In this document: in pieces, positions 19,240 to 27,136 of the stretch
How the letters are laid out: the number at the start of each line of letters is the position of its first letter
Numbering within the stretch: position 1 is the stretch's first letter
Assembly (NCBI GenBank): GCA_031411375.1
Contig: JANOAY010000173.1
Span: 1-29,462, forward strand
Reading direction: 5' to 3'
Source of the DNA: Pedosphaera sp.
GTDB lineage: Bacteria > Verrucomicrobiota > Verrucomicrobiia > Limisphaerales > SIBH01
DNA length: 29,462 nt
Made by a program: the position numbers and the translations under genes
The notes under the pieces: model-generated
Databases searched by the model: none
Told to the model about the DNA's origin: nothing
Seen by the model: only the letters and a program-made list of their open reading frames with translations

Positions 19240-20148
19240 ATGAAACACATCTGGCAAGGCGTCTTCCCCGCCATCACGACTCAAATGCACAAGGACGGCT
19301 CGCTCGATCTCGACGCGACCGCCACCCACGTCGAAGCGCTGATCAAGTCCGGCGTGAGCGGCATGATCTTCCTCGGCTCGCTCGGCGAGAACCAGCCGAT
19401 GACCGGCGACGAAAAACGCCGCGTGATGGCCGCGATGATTGAAGCGGTCAACGGACGCATCCCCGTCCTGAGCGGCGTGGCCGAGACGAGCACTGCGGAA
19501 GCGGTGCGCTACACCCGCGACGTGGAAAAGCTCGGCGCGGACGGGGTGATGCTCATGCCCGCGATGCTCTACAAGGGCGATGCCGATGAAACGCTCACAC
19601 ACTTCCGCACCGTGGCGAAGAGCACCGGATTGCCCATCATGATTTACAACAACCCGCTCAGCTACGCGAACGACATCACGCCCGAACTGTTTGCGAAGCT
19701 GGCGAATCAAAAAAACTTCGTCGCGCTTAAGGAAAGCTCCGGCGACGTGCGGCGCATCACGGATTTGCACAACACCGTGGGCGACCGCTACGCCATCTTT
19801 ACCGGCGTGGACAACCTCTGCCTTGAGGCCAGCATCCTCGGCATCGATGGCTGGGTGGCCGGCAGCGGCATCGCCTTCCCGGCGGAGAACCAGTACTTCT
19901 GGGAACTGACCCGTGCCGGCAAGTGGGACGAGGCCCGCGCGATTTACCGCTGGTTCACCCCACTGCTGCATCTCGATGTCAGCACGAAGTTTGTTCAATA
20001 CATCAAACTCGCCGTCCAGGAGTGTGGCCTCGGCAAAGAATGGGTTCGCTCGCCGCGCCTCGTGTTGAAAGGCGAGGAACGCAAACGCGTGCTGAAGATC
20101 ATTCACGACGGCATCGCCAAGCGGCCGAAGATTCCGAAGCGGAAGTGA
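19240..20148 (+). CDS. DapA/DHDPS-family protein, probable delta1-pyrroline-4-hydroxy-2-carboxylate deaminase (LhpC/HypD-like)
   Basis: GVFPAITT, GSLGE (not the GTTGE of true DapA), MIYNNP, ALKESSG (Schiff-base Lys), GVDN..LE...G.DGWVAG. Clusters with a Hyp epimerase and D-amino acid dehydrogenase. Start ATG at 19240. Confidence 0.8.
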   Translation: MKHIWQGVFPAITTQMHKDGSLDLDATATHVEALIKSGVSGMIFLGSLGENQPMTGDEKRRVMAAMIEAVNGRIPVLSGVAETSTAEAVRYTRDVEKLGADGVMLMPAMLYKGDADETLTHFRTVAKSTGLPIMIYNNPLSYANDITPELFAKLANQKNFVALKESSGDVRRITDLHNTVGDRYAIFTGVDNLCLEASILGIDGWVAGSGIAFPAENQYFWELTRAGKWDEARAIYRWFTPLLHLDVSTKFVQYIKLAVQECGLGKEWVRSPRLVLKGEERKRVLKIIHDGIAKRPKIPKRK

Positions 20149-20187
20149 GACTTGGAATGCAACGAGGAGCAACGAACGCCGATGCTC

Positions 20188-20896
20188 GAAGCCCGGAGGG
20201 CTTCAATATGAATAGCCCCCGGCGCAACCGGGGGTAACAACGCAACCAACGACGCAACCCCGAAGGGGTTGAACCCAACGACAAACTAACCCCGACGAAT
20301 TACCAAGTCCGCCATGTCATCATACACGCAAATCCTCTACCACATCGTTTTCGCGACGAAGGGGCGGCGGCGTGTCTTGGACAAACCCCGGCGTGACGAT
20401 CTCTTCCGCTATCTCTGGGGCGTCATCAAAAACCACAACTGCCATCTCTACCGTATCGGTGGCGTGGAAGATCATGTTCATATTATTTCCTCGCTTCATC
20501 CGTCCGTCGCCTTGGCGGATTTCGTCAAAGACCTCAAGGTTGCTTCCTCGAAATGGATCAAAGATGAGCGAGCGTTTCCCAAGTTCGAGGCGTGGCAGGA
20601 AGGTTATGCGGCGTTGACCTGTTCGGGGGCGGAACGGGATGGGCTGATCGAATACATCAAAGAACAGGAGGAACATCATCGCACCGTGCCGTTTCTCGAT
20701 GAATATCGTGAGATGTTGCGGAAGGCCGGGATGGAGTTGGACGAAAGATTTTTGCCATGAAAACGTGGGCCTTGATTCAGGCGATGTTTGGACAGAAGAC
20801 GCGATTGGGTTCAACCCCTTCGGGGTTGATGGACACTCCCACGCCGTTACCCCCGGTTGCACCGGGGGCTATTCATGTTGAAGCCCTCCGGGCTTC
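20188..20896. mobile_element. REPtron: Y1 transposase gene bracketed by about 91-bp three-hairpin inverted repeats
   Basis: 20188-20278 and 20805-20896 are reverse complements apart from two substitutions and a variable 16-17 nt spacer. Each contains GAAGCCC-GGA-GGGCTTC, CCCCCGG-N5-CCGGGGG and CAACCCC-GAA-GGGGTTG hairpins. Confidence 0.85.
20314..20760 (+). CDS. tnpA: IS200/IS605-family Y1 HUH transposase (REP-associated tyrosine transposase, RAYT type)
   Basis: LYHIVFATK, GGVEDHVHI (HUH), KWIK, WQEGY, EYIKEQEEHH (catalytic Tyr). No tnpB adjacent. GC lower than neighbours. Confidence 0.92.
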   Translation: MSSYTQILYHIVFATKGRRRVLDKPRRDDLFRYLWGVIKNHNCHLYRIGGVEDHVHIISSLHPSVALADFVKDLKVASSKWIKDERAFPKFEAWQEGYAALTCSGAERDGLIEYIKEQEEHHRTVPFLDEYREMLRKAGMELDERFLP

Positions 20897-22289
20897 TGCC
20901 TCGCGGGCATCGACCGGCGCGCCTTTCTTCTTTGCGTCTTTACGCCTTTGCGCCTTTGCGTTTATTCCCTGGCTGCTCCTGACCACGAACGCCGCCGTCG
21001 TCAGCCCGGTGCCTGACTCGCTCCGGCGCGACGCCAAACTCGGCGCCTTCTACCAAAAGCACATCGACCTCAATGGGTTTCCCGTGCTCGGTTCCTCGAA
21101 CGTCTCGGACTACGCGATGCTGGAGTCGGCGTGGGTCATCCGGCAGATGCTCACGAATCGCGCCGACATCATTCGCGCGCTGGCCACGAAGGGCGCGCGG
21201 CTCGTCGTCATGGCGCACAACGAATACACGACCGACATCCCGGAGCAGGCGAACATGACGCCGAAGGTGTATTGGGACCGGCGCGCGCGCGGGCTGGGCG
21301 GGCGCATCGCGAGTTGCGCAGAGGAGAACATGCTGTGCTTCCCCGGCGATCCGTATTCGACCGAGAACATTCTCGTGCATGAGTTCTCGCACGTCATTCA
21401 CGGCGTGGCGTTGCGGGCGCTGGATTCGACGTTCAATAGCCGTTTGCGCGAGGCGTTTCAGAGTGCAACCAACGGCGGAAAGTGGAAAGGAACTTACGCC
21501 GCGACCAATCCCGGCGAGTATTGGGCCGAGGGCGTGCAGAGCTGGTTCGACAACAACCGACAGAACGACGCGCTGCACAATCATGTGGATACGCGCCCAG
21601 AGCTGAAGGACTACGATCCCGCGCTCGCCGCATTGTGCGCCGAAGTGTTCGGCGAAATTCCCTGGCGCTACCAAAAACCTGCCGCGCGTGCGGCGGCCGG
21701 CCGCGCTCATCTCGCAGGCTACGACGCGAGCAAGGCCCCGCGTTTCCAGTGGCGCAAGCCCGAGGTGCCGGAGAAACCACGCGTCTCCATCGAAACCGCG
21801 CTGGGCGTGATTGAAGTGGAACTTGACGCCAAGGCCGCGCCGCACACCGTCACGAACTTCCTGCGCTACGTGCAGGCCGGGCTCTACAACGACGGCCAGT
21901 TCCATCGCACCGTCACGTCCGCGAACCAGCCGACGAACGGGGTGAAGATTCAAGTCATCCAGGCCTCGGGCAATCCGGCGAAGACGAACGAGTTTTTCCC
22001 GCCGATCCAAATCGAGCGCACGCGCGACACCGGTCTGAAGCATCTCGACAACACTCTCTCGATGGCGCGCGCCGAGCCGGACAGCGCGCAGGATCAGTTC
22101 TTCATCTGTGTCGGCGACCAGCCTGAACTGGACTTCGGCGGCAAACGCAATCCCGACGGCCAGGGCTTCGCGGCCTTTGGCAAAGTGGTGAAGGGCATGG
22201 ACGTGGTGCGAAAGATTCACGCCGCACCGGCGGACGGGCAATCGCTCCAACCGCCGGTGAGGATTCAGCGGGCGCTGAGAGCAAATTGA
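20757..22289 (+). CDS. Secreted zinc metallopeptidase-like domain fused to a cyclophilin-type peptidyl-prolyl isomerase
   Basis: ILVHEFSH (HExxH) plus EYWAEG (third-ligand Glu). C-terminal cyclophilin IEVELDAKAAPHTVTNFLRYV...FHR...LSMAR...DQFFIC...AFGKVVKGMDVV. Start uncertain: in-frame ATGs at 20757, 20784 and 20829, all in or before the right REP arm. Confidence 0.82.
   Translation: MKTWALIQAMFGQKTRLGSTPSGLMDTPTPLPPVAPGAIHVEALRASASRASTGAPFFFASLRLCAFAFIPWLLLTTNAAVVSPVPDSLRRDAKLGAFYQKHIDLNGFPVLGSSNVSDYAMLESAWVIRQMLTNRADIIRALATKGARLVVMAHNEYTTDIPEQANMTPKVYWDRRARGLGGRIASCAEENMLCFPGDPYSTENILVHEFSHVIHGVALRALDSTFNSRLREAFQSATNGGKWKGTYAATNPGEYWAEGVQSWFDNNRQNDALHNHVDTRPELKDYDPALAALCAEVFGEIPWRYQKPAARAAAGRAHLAGYDASKAPRFQWRKPEVPEKPRVSIETALGVIEVELDAKAAPHTVTNFLRYVQAGLYNDGQFHRTVTSANQPTNGVKIQVIQASGNPAKTNEFFPPIQIERTRDTGLKHLDNTLSMARAEPDSAQDQFFICVGDQPELDFGGKRNPDGQGFAAFGKVVKGMDVVRKIHAAPADGQSLQPPVRIQRALRAN
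20930..20961 (+). repeat. Four 8-mer tandem repeats CTTTRCGY
   Basis: CTTTGCGT CTTTACGC CTTTGCGC CTTTGCGT, translated as part of the hydrophobic leader FASLRLCAFAF. Confidence 0.7.
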
Positions 22290-22798
22290 GCGTGAGCAGC
22301 CAACCGACGTTTCTCTATTGGGCGATACCCGGCGTGCTCGCGGGCATGTCGATGCCTTTCGTGCATCCAGATCGAAGAATGCGTGGTGGTGGTGAACTGC
22401 ATCAGTTTGATGACGAACTGCCTGAACTTTCGCGCGCAGGAATCGGCGGCGTGGTGTCGCTCTTGAACATCCCGACGGACGCAAAGCTGTACGCTGATGC
22501 AGGCTTTGAGTTTATCTGTCTGCCAATCGCTGATGGCCAGCCGCCCAGTCTTCAACAGGTATCCGAGTTCGTTGCTTTCGTTGACGCCATTCGCAAAAGA
22601 GGCAAGAGCATCGCGGTGCATTGCGAGGCCGGCTGTGGCCGGACGGGGACAATGCTTTGCGCTTACCTCATCACAAAGGGGCTGCGCCCAGACGCCGCGA
22701 TTGAGCAAGTGAGGTCAGCGGAACCGTCAGCCGTCGAGACCGCGTCCCAGATTGATTTTCTTTTCAAACTTCCCAGCAACTTAGTGAAGCCATGTTGA
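22286..22798 (+). CDS. Dual-specificity / protein-tyrosine phosphatase family protein
   Basis: CX5R motif [11 protein letters not shown] and acid loop [15 protein letters not shown] start overlapping the upstream stop, and a 7-nt overlap with the downstream gene. Confidence 0.88.
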   Translation: MSVSSQPTFLYWAIPGVLAGMSMPFVHPDRRMRGGGELHQFDDELPELSRAGIGGVVSLLNIPTDAKLYADAGFEFICLPIADGQPPSLQQVSEFVAFVDAIRKRGKSIAVHCEAGCGRTGTMLCAYLITKGLRPDAAIEQVRSAEPSAVETASQIDFLFKLPSNLVKPC

Positions 22799-23715
22799 AA
22801 CGCATCCAAATCATTGACTCCCACACCGGTGGCGAACCAACACGCGTGGTCATCAGCGGCGGGCCTGATCTCGGGAATGGCCCCATTGCCGAGCGCGTGA
22901 AATTGTTCCGGGAGAAACACGACCTCTTTCGTTCGGCCATCGTGAATGAGCCGCGCGGTTCGGATGTGGTCGTCGGCGCGCTGCTGGTTCCGGCCCCGGA
23001 CGCTTCGTGCGTCACGGGCGTGATCTTCTTCAACAACGTCGGGCCGCTGCAAATGTGCGGGCATGGGACCATCGGCCTCGTCGTCACGCTCGCTCATCTC
23101 GGGCGCATCCAACCGGGCGCGCATCGCATTGAGACCTGCGTGGGCGTGGTCACGGCCACCTTGCACGCGGATGGTTCGGTGTCCGTCGAGAATGTGCCGA
23201 GCTATCGCAAAGCCAAAGGCGTGACTGTGGACGTGACCGGCGTCGGCAAAATCACCGGCGATGTGGCGTGGGGCGGCAACTGGTTCTTCCTCGTGGAGCA
23301 ACACGGCCAGTCGCTGGCGTTGAGCAACGTCGAGAAGCTCACGGAACTCTCGTGGGCGATTCGTCAGGCGGTGAACGCGCAGGGTTATCCCGAAGTGGAT
23401 CATGTTGAGCTGTTCGGCCCACCGCAATTGCCCGGCGGTCATTCGCGCAACTTCGTTCTCTGCCCTGGCAAAGCCTACGACCGTTCGCCCTGCGGCACCG
23501 GCACGAGCGCGAAGCTCGCGTGTCTTGCCGCCGATGGAAAACTCGCCGAGGGCGACGCGTGGGTGCAGGAGAGCGTCATCGGCAGCGCGTTCACCGGACG
23601 CTTCCGCCGCGACGGTGACAACATCATCCCGACCATCACCGGCTCGGCCTTCATCAATGCCGAGGCCACGCTGCTGCTCGATGAGAACGATCCTTTCTGC
23701 TGGGGCATTCGGTGA
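22792..23715 (+). CDS. Proline racemase family, probable 4-hydroxyproline 2-epimerase (LhpA/HypE-like)
   Basis: [18 protein letters not shown] and [11 protein letters not shown] (both catalytic Cys present). [12 protein letters not shown] has an aliphatic residue where true proline racemases have an aromatic one. Confidence 0.9.
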   Translation: MLKRIQIIDSHTGGEPTRVVISGGPDLGNGPIAERVKLFREKHDLFRSAIVNEPRGSDVVVGALLVPAPDASCVTGVIFFNNVGPLQMCGHGTIGLVVTLAHLGRIQPGAHRIETCVGVVTATLHADGSVSVENVPSYRKAKGVTVDVTGVGKITGDVAWGGNWFFLVEQHGQSLALSNVEKLTELSWAIRQAVNAQGYPEVDHVELFGPPQLPGGHSRNFVLCPGKAYDRSPCGTGTSAKLACLAADGKLAEGDAWVQESVIGSAFTGRFRRDGDNIIPTITGSAFINAEATLLLDENDPFCWGIR

Positions 23716-23727
23716 TACAACCAAGCC

Positions 23728-24198
23728 ATGAGTCACGAACACAAAGCCATCATCCGTTGGAAGCTCGAAGGAACGGAGTTTTTGAAAGGCCGCTATTCGC
23801 GCGAGCACACCTGGAGCTTCGACGGCGGTCTCACGATCCCGGCGTCGCCATCGCCCACGGTGGTGCCGAAGCCGTGGTCGAATCCGGCGCACGTCGATCC
23901 CGAGGAGGCGTTCGTCGCCTCGATGGCCAGTTGCCACATGCTGACGTTTCTGTGGTTCGCGTCGCGCGGCGGTTTCACGCTGGCGAGCTATGTGGATGAA
24001 GCCGTGGGCGAGATGACGAAGAACGAACGCGGCGCGCTGTGGATCAGCACCGTCACGCTCAATCCCCAACTCGTCTGGAGTGGCGAGCGCGTGCCGACGG
24101 CGGAGGAGCTGGCCGCGCTGCACCACAAGGCCCACGAAGAATGTTTCATCGCAAACTCGGTGAAAACGGAAGTGCGCGTCGCCTCGGTCCCGCACTGA
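23728..24198 (+). CDS. OsmC/Ohr family protein
   Basis: DPEEAFVASMASCHMLTF and AHEECFIANS (both redox Cys). Confidence 0.9.
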   Translation: MSHEHKAIIRWKLEGTEFLKGRYSREHTWSFDGGLTIPASPSPTVVPKPWSNPAHVDPEEAFVASMASCHMLTFLWFASRGGFTLASYVDEAVGEMTKNERGALWISTVTLNPQLVWSGERVPTAEELAALHHKAHEECFIANSVKTEVRVASVPH

Positions 24199-24201
24199 AC
24201 G

Positions 24202-24762
24202 ATGAACTGGCCGCTGCGCATTGCCCGCGATGAAGACGCGCCTGCCTTGGAGCGGCTGATTGAGCATGTCACGCGCACGTCGCTGGCGCGTTGTTACTCG
24301 GAAGCGCAACTGGCGGTGGCGCTCGGTCCGGTTTTTGGATTGGACCGTCAGTTGATTCGCGATGGCACTTATTTTGTCGTGGAAAACGGGGGCGAAATCA
24401 TCGCGTGCGGCGGTTGGAGCAGGCGGCTCGCAGTTTATGGCGGCGACCGTGAGCGCGCTGGAGCAGATGCGAAATTAAATCCGCTGACGGATGCGGCGCG
24501 GGTGCGCGCGTTCTTCGTGCACCCGGCGTGGGAACGGCGTGGCATCGGACGCGCGTTGCTGGAGGCGAGTGAGTCGGCCATTCGTGCCGCCGGTTTCACG
24601 CGCGTGGAACTCGTCGCCACGCTCGCCGGCGAAGCGTTGTATGCGCGCTTTGGTTACGCGGTGGCTGAGCGCTGCGATGCGCCGATGTCCGGCGGACTGA
24701 CGTTGCCGGTCGTGAACATGAGGAAAAAATTGAGATTAGCATCCGTGGAACCTTTAGTCTGA
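24202..24762 (+). CDS. GNAT family N-acetyltransferase
   Basis: RAFFVHPAWERRGIGRALL (motif A), LVATLAGEALYARFGY (motif B). Confidence 0.9.
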   Translation: MNWPLRIARDEDAPALERLIEHVTRTSLARCYSEAQLAVALGPVFGLDRQLIRDGTYFVVENGGEIIACGGWSRRLAVYGGDRERAGADAKLNPLTDAARVRAFFVHPAWERRGIGRALLEASESAIRAAGFTRVELVATLAGEALYARFGYAVAERCDAPMSGGLTLPVVNMRKKLRLASVEPLV

Positions 24763-24775
24763 TCATGATGCATGT

Positions 24776-26191
24776 ATGAAACGACTTAGAATTGTCTGCC
24801 TGCTCACGATGGCGCTGCTGGCGTTTCCGCTCACGGCAGCGGAGCGGCCAAACATCGTCATCATCCTTGCGGACGACCTCGGCTACGGGGATCTGGGTTG
24901 CTACGGCAGCCCGAACATCCGCACGCCAAATCTGGATCGCATGGCCGCCGAGGGGATGCGCTTCACGCAGTTCTATTCCGCAGCGGAAGTCTGCACGACC
25001 AGTCGCACGGCGCTGCTCACGGGGCGTTACCCGATTCGCAGCGGCATGTGCCACGACCAGTTCCGCGTCATCCGCAACATCTCGATGGGCGGTTTGCCAG
25101 CGGAAGAAATCACCCTGCCCGAGGCGCTGAAGGCGCGGGGCTACGCCACGGCTGCCATTGGCAAATGGCATCTCGGCAACTGGGCCATCAACCCGGCGTA
25201 TCATCCGCGAAAGCACGGTTTCGACTACTACTTCGGCCTCCCGCACTCGAATGACATGAACCCGACCAACACGCCGCCGAATGCCACATCACGGCTCGAT
25301 CAAGATCCGAAGTGGTGGAACGCGCCGCTCTATCGCAATGAGGACCTCGTGGAACGCCCGACTGATCAAACGCAACTCACCCGACGTTACACCGAGGAGG
25401 CGGTGAAGTTCATTGGGGAGAACAAGTCGAAGCCGTTCTTCCTCTACCTGCCGCACAGTTTTCCGCACGTGCCGCTCTTCGCCTCGGAGAAGTTCCGCGG
25501 CAAAAGCCCGCGCGGACTTTACGGCGATGTGGTCGAGGAACTGGACTGGAGCGTGGGTGAAGTGATGACGGCGCTTCAGTCGGCCGGCATCGCCAGCAAT
25601 ACGCTCGTCTTTTTCACCAGCGACAATGGTCCTTGGCTCATCATGCGTGAGGCGGGCGGTTCGGCTGGGCCGTTGCGCGACGGCAAAGGTTCAACATGGG
25701 AGGGTGGCATGCGCGTGCCCGGCATGGCGTGGATGCCCGGACGCATTGCCGCCGGACAGGTGCAACGCGAGTTCGCCTGCATGATGGATTTGTTCACGAC
25801 TTCGTTGAAGCTGGCCGGCACGGAGAAGCCGGCGGACCGGGTCATTGACGGCGCGGACATAGCGCCTTTGCTGTTCGGCCCGGGGACGATGAAGCGCGAG
25901 GAACCATTCTACTTCTATCGCGGCATGACGCTTTATGGGGCGCGACTGGGCGACTGGAAGGCGAACTTCATCACCCGCACTGGCTACGGTCCGGAGAAAC
26001 CTCAGACCAATTCACCACCCTTACTTTTCAATGTGGCACAGGACGAAGGTGAGCGTTTTAACGTGGCGAGCAATCATCTCGACATGATTGCGACCCTTGA
26101 GAAGGCGGTGGAGAAACATCGCGCCATGCTCGTGCCGGTGAAGAATCAATTGGCCGACCCGCCGGCGCCGGCCCAAGCGAAGAAGAAATGA
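24776..26191 (+). CDS. Secreted formylglycine-type (S1) sulfatase with atypical CTTSR motif
   Basis: Signal peptide. PNIVIILADDLG, CTTSRTALLTGRY, GYATAAIGKWHLG, FFTSDNG, GKGSTWEGGMRVP. Confidence 0.92.
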   Translation: MKRLRIVCLLTMALLAFPLTAAERPNIVIILADDLGYGDLGCYGSPNIRTPNLDRMAAEGMRFTQFYSAAEVCTTSRTALLTGRYPIRSGMCHDQFRVIRNISMGGLPAEEITLPEALKARGYATAAIGKWHLGNWAINPAYHPRKHGFDYYFGLPHSNDMNPTNTPPNATSRLDQDPKWWNAPLYRNEDLVERPTDQTQLTRRYTEEAVKFIGENKSKPFFLYLPHSFPHVPLFASEKFRGKSPRGLYGDVVEELDWSVGEVMTALQSAGIASNTLVFFTSDNGPWLIMREAGGSAGPLRDGKGSTWEGGMRVPGMAWMPGRIAAGQVQREFACMMDLFTTSLKLAGTEKPADRVIDGADIAPLLFGPGTMKREEPFYFYRGMTLYGARLGDWKANFITRTGYGPEKPQTNSPPLLFNVAQDEGERFNVASNHLDMIATLEKAVEKHRAMLVPVKNQLADPPAPAQAKKK

Positions 26192-26208
26192 GACACCGAG
26201 CACTCGAT

Positions 26209-26303
26209 ATGGAACACACGGAAGACGCCGAATTTTGAACTAAAATCCTGCATGCACCACTTTCTCATTCTTCTCCTTCCGTGTCTTCTGTGTTTTCCGT
26301 GGT
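26209..26303. repeat. Inverted 9-mer array element (NACACGGAA / TTCCGTGTN) spanning a start codon
   Basis: Left arm GGAA CACACGGAA GACGCCGAA (26211-26232). Right arm TTCCGTGTC TTCTGTGTT TTCCGTGGT (26277-26303). The ATG at 26252 lies between the arms. Confidence 0.7.
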
Positions 26304-27136
26304 TGCTCTCGGCGGCACCCAACGAACGTTCCACCAATGACTTTGTGTTCATCAACAATGGCGAGTTGCGGCTGGGCGTGAAGAAATCTTCCGGTGCGGG
26401 CATCGCCTATCTCGCGCTCTCTGCCACGGGCGAGAACGTGATCAATCACTGGGATCGCGGGCGGCTGGTGCAGCAGTCGTACTATGGCGCAGCGGATGGC
26501 TCGTTCTGGAACAAGCAGCCGTGGCGCTGGAATCCGGTGCAGGGCGGCGGCTGGCGGCATGAACCGGCGCAGGTGCTGGAGTTGAAAGCGGAGAAGGCGT
26601 CGCTCTACGCCAGGACGATGGCCAAGCACTGGGCCACGGGCGCGGATTTGCCGGATGTCATCTTCGAGCAATGGGTCACGCTTTCCAACGCGCTGGCACA
26701 TGTGAAGTTTCGCATGACCTACTCGGGCACGAATACACATCCGAAGATCCCGCACGAGCTGCCCGCCGTGTTCATCGAGCCGCAGTTCGACACGCTGCTG
26801 GTCTATCAGGGTACGAACGCCTGGAGCGGCGACTCCGTGCATCGCTCGAAACCCGGCTGGCCGAACGAGTCGCGCAAGATGACGGAGCACTGGGCGGCGT
26901 ACGTGAACACCAACAACTTCGGAGTGGGCGCGCTGGTGCCGGTGGCGGACGCGTTGACGTGCTACCGCTTCGGTGACGGCAAGCGCGAACATGGGTCGTG
27001 CTCCTACTTCGCACCGGTCAAAAGTTTCGCCATCACGCCGGGAATGAAGTTCGAGTACGACGTCTGGCTGAGCATCGGCTTTGCGGATGAGATTCGAGCC
27101 CGCTTCGAGCAAATCGTGAAAGGATCAAAGCCATGA
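26252..27136 (+). CDS. Uncharacterised secreted protein (Trp-rich, possibly galactose-mutarotase-like beta-supersandwich)
   Basis: Hydrophobic leader, typical codon usage, ATGA overlap with the downstream sulfatase. No catalytic motif recognised, and the fold is a guess. Confidence 0.7.
   Translation: MHHFLILLLPCLLCFPWLLSAAPNERSTNDFVFINNGELRLGVKKSSGAGIAYLALSATGENVINHWDRGRLVQQSYYGAADGSFWNKQPWRWNPVQGGGWRHEPAQVLELKAEKASLYARTMAKHWATGADLPDVIFEQWVTLSNALAHVKFRMTYSGTNTHPKIPHELPAVFIEPQFDTLLVYQGTNAWSGDSVHRSKPGWPNESRKMTEHWAAYVNTNNFGVGALVPVADALTCYRFGDGKREHGSCSYFAPVKSFAITPGMKFEYDVWLSIGFADEIRARFEQIVKGSKP

Noticed and set aside
19240-20148. Annotation as lysine-biosynthetic dapA
   Set aside because: GSLGE instead of GTTGE and the Hyp-pathway context favour Pyr4H2C deaminase.
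20150-20187. GCAACGAG/GCAACGAA as the inverted partner of the CTTTGCG 8-mer array, implying the REPtron is nested in an older element
   Set aside because: Similarity too weak to support by eye.
20188-20896. Possible CRISPR array or tRNA-like structure in the hairpin-rich repeats
   Set aside because: Only two copies, inverted rather than direct, no spacer series, no cas genes and no cloverleaf features.
20314-22289. Possible IS605/IS200 tnpA-tnpB element or RNA-guided nuclease
   Set aside because: The downstream ORF has HExxH and cyclophilin motifs, not RuvC or zinc-finger motifs.
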